Source: Nemertoderma westbladi (lineage: Eukaryota > Animalia > Xenacoelomorpha). Taken from it: a stretch of 64,000 nt of DNA. Below, piece after piece: positions 56,418 to 64,000 of this stretch; the stretch's first letter is position 1; every line of letters begins with the position of its first letter. The notes under the pieces are model-generated. The model had not been told where the DNA came from. It saw only the letters and a list, made by a program, of their open reading frames with translations, and made no database searches. A program made the position numbers and the translations under genes. The stretch lies in contig JAUCBJ010000071.1 in the NCBI GenBank assembly GCA_032718475.1, positions 12,532-76,531 on the forward strand. The letters run 5' to 3'.

Positions 56418-59400
56418 TGTAGGTAGGACTACGGAACTGACTAGTTACACGGCACACGGGGGGGGGGGGGGGGGGGGGGGGACTGGGCTGCAGTGATTTC
56501 CAGGAATATTAGTATTAGGTTACTACGTACGCCTTCCACCAAGTCAACTCTCAAGGTATCAATATACAGACATGGGACTAGGTGGATTACAAACGAGGTA
56601 TACAAAGAGCACGTGATCGGGAACAGGTTGGCCGCCAGGCCACACCTGTAGCAAGACATAGGTAGCAGGGAGATGGGATATTAGCCTTGCCAGAGATAGG
56701 AATGTACAATTAGGCGGTCAATATGTACTACATTATGTAGTACGTATTTATTGTTATATTGGGGGGGTTTCAGTAGGTTTTAGTTTTAGATAGTAGGATT
56801 ATGTACTTAATTAGGGTTTTTGCTACGTACGGGTGCCAGGCTGGGGTCTTAAACCCCAGTCTGGCTCATTACTAGGGAATATTCATCCGCGCTACCGGGG
56901 TACATTAGACACAGATTAGCAATATTGGTTCAGTTGGTTTGGTGACAAGAGTGGAAGGTGATATCGTTGTTTTATGGCACAGTTCTTTAGTAGTACAGAT
57001 TCCTTATTCATTTTACGTATTCACTTATATTATTTTATCTTTTGTAAATGCATCTGATTTATTGTTTGTTATCTGTTTATATTCTGTCTATATTCTGTAT
57101 TACTATGGTGCTGTGTAGGGATCGGCCTGCACAGACACCACACTGGAGCGTTTAGTTATCAGTTTCCTTTCCACCGGACGGGCGGGTTACCTGATTTGGG
57201 CGGTTCAGTGGGGAACTCATCATTACGTGATATTTACGCCACTACACCAACCCAAAAATAAAACAACGTCACGAACGGGGGCTGTCTCAGAAAACGACAG
57301 CCTCGATAACGACACGACAAAGACCCGCGACGCGGCTTCCCGCGAACCGGTAGAGTGGCCTTAAAAAACTGTAAGATAGGCCAAAAAAGTATTCCATTAT
57401 TCCGTAACTCAGACCTGTCAGTCCCTCCATAGGCTACCGTACCTAGGATGTCAGACAGTCTACTTTCTGGCAGTCAGCCAGCGACGGCACCCGGCCAGGT
57501 TGAACCCGGGGTTCAACCCGCCACTGGCGGGGCAGCAATGGCTGCCCCAGCTACAGCCTCGAGTCCCTTCTTGGACCTGAGCAACCCGGTATCGGGACGC
57601 GGAAGCCCCGTGGGCCCGAGCTCCCGGGAATCCCCGCCTATCCCGTCGACGGAAGGATCCGTCGGGCGGCCGGCCGGGACCACGACACCCGATGAAACAC
57701 GGACGGGGGTAGACGAGTTAATCACGGCAGCGACGCAGTCACTCCCGACTGAGTTACCACAACGAGGAGAACCACCACCACCTCCCGCCGGTCCGGCACG
57801 GTTCCCAGAGGAACACCAACGCCGGGAGAGATCGAGATCATCTCCCTCCGGACCGGAGCCGGCGACAGATGACGACAAGGGAAGCGGGGTGGACCCAGAC
57901 CGGGAACCCTCGCAATTAATCCCAGCACTACCCAAACATCCAGCCCGAGGACGCTCGCGAGAAAGAAGCGATCGGACGAACCCGATGGGACGGCCCAACG
58001 GGACAACGAACCGGAGGAAGCTCCGTTCCTCCTCGGACCCCAACCGGCCCCCAGCGCAGCTTGACACAGGGGTGATCGAGCGAGCGGGACGACAGTTTCG
58101 ATTACAGCGAAGACGATTGGAGACCTGGGCGACTGCCGGACGACCGGATATCGACCTGGCGGCAGCCCTAGAGGTAGTCAACGACTACCTCAGGATTCTT
58201 GGAGAGCAAGGCGCCGAGGAGGAAGCCAAACACTGGGAGACGGACATCGGGGGAATATTGGACGATGCGTTTGATAAATGTTTATTCAATCAACAGGTAA
58301 GGGTGGGAAACATTTTTATAGGTATACCCAGCCAGCCACAAAACGGCTGGACTGGCATAACCCTAGCCGGTGACGGCAGAGACCAGGATGAGATACAACC
58401 TGGGGACAGTGCGAGTCAGCCGCGTGGTTCAAATTCGAACGCGTCTGACTCCATTCAAAACCGAGTGGAGTATGAAGAGGCTCTCTTTGAGATGGAAAGG
58501 CTCGACCGAGAGGAAACTCTTGAATGAGAATTAATGAATCAAAAACTTGAATGTGAGAGGGTTGCGAGTGAGGCGGCCCAGAGAGTGATTGAGGCGGCCC
58601 GACGAGCGAATAGGGAGGCCGATGAGGCGGCCCGACGAGCGGACCGCGAGGAAATAGCGAGAGAGAAATTGCGGACTGATAATAAAGTGAGAGACGAGGC
58701 GCGTTTAGTAGCGATACGTAAGTTAGCGATGGCGCAAGCGCGCGGGGTGAAGGGGGGCTCCACTGCGGGTAGCGGTGTGGGGTCCAGAGTGAGCAATAAC
58801 AGTGTACGTTCAGCGAGAGCGAGTCTGGGCCGACGAACTAGCGAACTGAGCAGACCCGCCTTGGTAATAGGGCTCCATAGGGGCCCAGCTCATCCGGCTA
58901 GAAAACAGCCGGTTGGGCCGGGTGGAGCCAGTGTGACAGGGAGTGGTGAATTAGGGGGAGTACCTGTAGGAGTAGCTGCAGCAACTATAGCACCCACAGT
59001 AAGCACCCCACCGATAGTTGTAGTACCTACGGTAGTAACTACACACACCACTACACCTACTATAAGCACTACACCTAATATAATTCCCACAGTTATAAGA
59101 GGAACGAGTTTTTACGGCGGCCCGGGTATTTTTACGGGTCCGCCCCCGCCTGGTGCTACCAGGAAGGGCGGCCCGGGTATTTTTACGGGTCCGCCTCCGC
59201 CTGGCGCAGCCAGGATCACAGCGATACAGGAGCTGCCTCCGGCTGCCATGAAACCTCCCCAGGTAGCGCCGGCCATGGTGGTCGTCGATACCGACGAGGT
59301 AAACGAACCGAGAGGATCAGCAATGTATTACCCCACCCAGAATCGGGGTGGGCCTCCAGCAGAGGAGGCGACACAGGTGGAGCGAGAAGGAGAGCTCCAG

Positions 59401-62400
59401 GTTGGACAGGGGGAGCCCGCAGTAGGGTTCCGAGTAACACAGGGGGAGGTAGACACCGCCTCCACACACACACAGAGCCACGCCTCGAGGGAGGCGGACC
59501 ACCAGGGCTTAAGAGTGCTAACCTCCCTCAAATTTCTGCAAGATAATACTGGTAAGTTAATTATCGCAGAGCAAGGGGAACAGGGAAGTTCCCCTACGGC
59601 GAACTCGAGGGGACTTCGAGTAGGGGCCCCAGAATTCGCGCCGGCGGTAGATAATACCGCCAGCCGGGGGAGAGTAAACAGACAGAGCGGGACCGTCGGC
59701 TTTGCCCCGCGGACGGTGCCGATAATCAGTGGAACTGCAGCCCGAGAAGGGGACCTGCAGACGGACAGAGGGGATGGACGGGAGTCAGCCTCTGATAGGC
59801 CCGACTCAACCGCCCACAGGAGTAGGCCAGAGTCGAGGTATCTGGCGGAGCTCTGCAGAAAAGGGGGGTCACCGAGCCCCCCCCCACGAACAACAATGCG
59901 TTCATTTGGAAATTCTGAATGGCCCCAACAGAATTCCATATATGAACGTACAACTCACCCAGACCCTCCCCCTTCAGGGAGGCGAACGGGCGAGTCCCCA
60001 GGTAGAGAACAATACCCGGATTACCCACGTCCGGGAAGTCGGTTGGGTGAACCGGGGTTTGAGCTACCTCCGCTTGCGTACCCTACCAACGGGGTCGGAC
60101 GGTATATAGACCCCTTCGGACCGTCGGAGGAGCCCACGTCAACACGGGCGGACTCATCACCGCGCGTGTACAATGACACAAACTCAACCCACGATAACGA
60201 GGCGGTTTCGACAGCGAAAATGCTCCACATTATACGTGAGCAGAATGAGCTGCCAAAATCCTTAGCCTTTAAATTCGATGGGAAACACCCCGAGGAATAC
60301 ATACAATTTCGGGCTCTGTTTTCCAACGAAATTCTAACAAAGGAAATGTCAGACACCCGCCGACTAACCTATTTGGCGACTTATCTAGCGGGTGACCCGA
60401 GGAAACTCGTTAATCGTTTCCAGGGCCAGTTGAATGGGTTCAGGAAGGCCTGGAAGGCGATAGAGGATCGGTATGGCGATCCGGAACAGATCATTGATGA
60501 CGCCATATTTCACCTCACTGATGGGGTGAGGGTTGAAACACCAGACGAGATGACCGAATACAGCGATCGAATAAATCAGCTGATTAATTCCATCGAGACG
60601 ATGGGCGAGACCTACCATCTCAAGGCGGGCGGGCTGCTGAATCAAGTGGTTGATGTACTACCACTACATCTGCGTCGCAGCTGGGCGCAGCAAGTGACAA
60701 AGATTACAGCTACGCAACATCGCCGAGCAACGCTAGGAGAATTTGCTGACTTCATGGAGTACAAGGCAGCGAGCGCTAATCAGCGCTGTTTAAAATACCC
60801 CAAGGATAAAGGGCGAAGTCGACAGGAACAAGGAGACCGTGGGAAAAGGGAATACCCCACGGGCCGTTTCAAATCCAATTGGAAGTCGAGCAATACCCAA
60901 AAATTCGCCTGTAACAACGTTGGGGACAACAACTACAGGGGTAGACCGTCGGAACCGGCGCATAATCGAGCGACGGGCCGATCGCCTTCGCGGGAGAGCA
61001 GTCGGGGCGGGTCGACCCCACCAACTAACAATCGACAGGTCCGCTTCGAAGAATCTAAAAGCGGAAGCGCCCCACCCACAGCGAGCAGGGGAAGTGGGCA
61101 ATGGGTGAAAGATGTCTTCCATATAGACATCGGGGAGTTCCCTTTCAACGAAGAAAGGTATTGCCAGTTCCATAGGGGAACGTCTCACAGAACGATTGAG
61201 TGCAGAAACTGGCAGAAGATGGACGCCGACACACACAAGGCGTATGCTAGGAAGCATCACTTGTGTTGGACTTGTGCCCGAACAGGGCACTCTGGGCGGG
61301 CATGCCCATACGATAGTAAGAACACAGAGGGGGACGGTAAGTCCACCGAGCAGCAGGCGCATAAACATGCGGATAGTAGGACAGCGGGGGAGAGGGTGGC
61401 CGATAAGCAGGTGGCCTTCCCTGTCTTCCCCATGAGACGGAGGTTGCGGAAACCACCGAAGATTAAACCCTATGTGTACCTGAGGATTGTTGCATTAGCG
61501 GTATGTGATAACCGCGGCCAGCAGGTAACCACTTTGGGGCTCTTAGACGGAGGTTCAGCGATAACGATGATGGACAGAGTGGTTGCAGACCGCCTTCAAG
61601 TTAAACGAAGGAAGGCATTTATGCAACTCTGTACCATCGCCAACCCGGACAGAGACGTAGAGTACGACCTGATTCTATGTCGATTCAAATCTATTGTGAC
61701 ATATTCCCAATATAAGTCGGACCTTGTTGAGGCTCGGGTTCTACCCGAGCTCAACGTACCGGCAGACCGGCCCTCGGCCGATGAAATTCAACAATACACA
61801 CACGCCCGAGGACTGAACTTTAACATACCCAATGACCTGGATGTACCCTATGTATCAGTACTCATTGGTATAGATTGCCCAGGTTCTCACCGGCTACTGC
61901 AGCCTTCCATCGAAGGACCAGACCCCGAAAGGGACCCCCAGGTCATGCTAACCCCATATGGTTGGTGTATGACGGGACCCGTAAAGGACATTGATGAGCA
62001 GCCCGACAGACACAGTGCAGGGCTGGCTAGACCAGTCTTCACCGTGGCCGGGAAAGGGCACCCCACCGAGTCTTCGGAACTCACATTGGAGGAGGTCCGA
62101 GAACGAGAGGAAGAAACCAGGCGCGACCTAGAAAGGCTCTATGACATAGACACCGAGGGCTTATATAACCCAGCCGTGGGCGCCTCACAGGCGGACAAGA
62201 TATCGACCGATGTATTGAACAGGGAGATGATCTTGAGCGGCGGGCATTACTCAGCTCCAATGCTCTGGAAAGATCGAGCAGTACCCTTGGTTAACAATAG
62301 AACCATGGCGGAGATGAGACTCAACCGACTCAAACGGTCATTGACTAAACACCCTGACAAACACGAATTTGTTGAGAAACAGATTCAGAAGTATATAGAC

Positions 62401-64000
62401 AAAGGGTGGGCCCGTAAACTCACGGCGGGGGCACCCGAGTCTCCTCGAACTTACTATCTGCCCCTACACGTTACCAAAGGGGCATCCAAGCTGCGACTGG
62501 TCAACGACGCAGCGGCGAAATACTTGGGTAAATCGCTTAATGACTACTTATTAGAGGGACCCAATGTTTTCAATAGCGGGGTTGACATCCTGCTAAGGTT
62601 CCGCATGGGCCTCTACGCCTTCACATGTGACGTAGAGGCCATGTTTCACCAGGTCTTCGTTTATGAAGACGACGCGGACAGCCAGCGTTTCCTGTGGTAT
62701 AGTGGGGATCAGCTGGACACAGCGCCGGAGGTGTACCAGATGTTGGTACATATCTTCGGGGCTAAGTGTTCCCCGTGTGTGGCCACCACAGCACTACGAC
62801 GCACTACCGCGAGTGAGTCGGTGGCTCCGCCAGTGAGAGACTTTATAACAAACGATTTTTATGTTGACGATGGGATGAAGTCGGGTAACTCCGAAGCCGA
62901 CCTCATCCAGCTGGCCATCACGGCCCGCGACTGCCTTTCCACGGGCGGTTTCAACCTCACCAAGTTCCGCTCCAACTCACCCAAGTTCATGTATGCGATG
63001 GACAAGGAAGAGGGAAAGGTATCAGACCCGAGCGCCGACGATGACAATGGCGACCTCCTGGGGGGAGATATGGGGCAGCCGGCCTCATACATCCCACCAG
63101 ACTGTGCCAACCCGGAGACCACCTCGGCACTGGTAACATCAGACCCGAGTAAGCCAGACTCTCGGGTACTGGGCATCTCCTGGGAGAAAGCCTCAGACGT
63201 ACTAGAATACAAGTTTAAGGCTCCTCTTCAGGTGGTACATACGAGGAGGGCCTACTTGTCTTTCATTTCACGGATATATGACCCACTGGGCCTTGTGGCA
63301 CCAAACATACTTGTAGGAAAACAGATTCTGAGGGAGGTGACTTTAGACAATGGAGCGTGGGATGCTCCGGTGTCTGCCAGGATGGCCGACAGGTGGAACG
63401 CCTGGTTAATGAGCCTGGAACAAATATCCCGTCTCATTATCCCACGGCCTTACTTTCCAAACGGGGACATGGCAGCTGTAGAGCTACATGTGTTCGCGGA
63501 CGCCTCCAGCGTGGGGTATGGGGCAGTTGCCTACTTGCACCAGCAGTCAGCCAAATACCGCCCACGTCTGGTCTATAGCAAAGCAAGGGTAGCACCCAAA
63601 GCACAGGCCACCATACCGCGCCTAGAACTAATGGCGTCGGTACTGGCCGTGCAGATGGCCCAGGTCATTATAAGGGCCCTGGGGTGCATCGTACTAGTGA
63701 GATATTGGATTGATGCCACCACTGTGGTGCTATACATCAGCCACCCGAGTAGGCGATTCAAAGTATTCGTCGCCAACCGGGTGGACTATATCCGCACCCT
63801 AACAGAGGTTAGTGATTGGGGCTACTGCCCCACTGACCAGAACCCAGCTGACCTTGTATCGAGGGGGAGCCTAGAGGTCCCCTTCGAACAGAAAGAGGAC
63901 CTGTGGCAACACGGGCCGACTTTCCTACCCAACAGGAAGGACTGGCCTTTGTTCCCAGAGGCCAATGCGTCGGAGCTTCTGAAAGCGGACCCGGAGGTCC
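56418..64000 (+). mobile_element. BEL/Pao LTR retrotransposon 2 (5' LTR about 56418-57354, boundaries approximate), continues off the window
   Basis: LTR-like noncoding block with poly-G and AATAAA, followed by a long gag-pol frame. Confidence 0.88.
57448..64000 (+). CDS. BEL/Pao gag-pol polyprotein, one frame with a TGA at 58525-58527
   Basis: Spot-checked in the same frame: LPK..FDG..EEYIQF (60.25 kb), CQFH/CWTC knuckles, LLDGGS protease, ILLRFR..CDVEAMFHQV and FYVDD RT, HVFADAS, TIPRLEL, FVANRV and NPADLVSRG RNase H. The ORF track lists no downstream ORF in this frame, consistent with it being open to the window edge. Confidence 0.92.

Noticed and set aside
57513-63776. Many minus-strand and alternative-frame ORFs over the BEL element
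   Set aside because: Shadow ORFs of a GC-rich gag-pol frame with no motifs.

Overview
Eukaryotic, most likely invertebrate-animal, repeat-dense genomic DNA. (1) 1-10670: a nest of three retroelements, in which an RTE-type LINE is split by a Ty3/Gypsy (Mag-like) element whose gag is split by a Ty1/Copia element. (2) Three intronless minus-strand host-like genes: a divergent four-domain ubiquitin-like protein, a hydrophobic protein with an HNH/toxin-like C-terminal domain, and NXF1/TAP. (3) A near full-length decayed CR1-like LINE, an RTE 3' end amplified into an 11-unit tandem array, and several MITE/SINE/Helentron-like fragments. (4) A BEL/Pao element (about 32.7-55.7 kb) whose gag is interrupted by a TA-flanked MITE and by a complete 18.3-kb Polinton/Maverick (adintovirus-like endogenous virus, 35108-53449, AGTAGT TIRs, 6-bp TSD TTCATC). 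The Polinton encodes integrase, pPolB, packaging ATPase, adenain protease, a major capsid protein, two minor capsid proteins and core proteins, plus RING and DEDD-like accessory genes. Its polymerase is flanked by an intact TATA-binding-protein-like gene and a PC4-like gene. (5) A second, nearly intact BEL/Pao element runs off the right end. The best novelty candidate is the Polinton-borne TBP-like plus PC4-like module with nearby ORF-less TATA repeats and a long hairpin. All assignments come from motif recognition by eye; no database searches were run.
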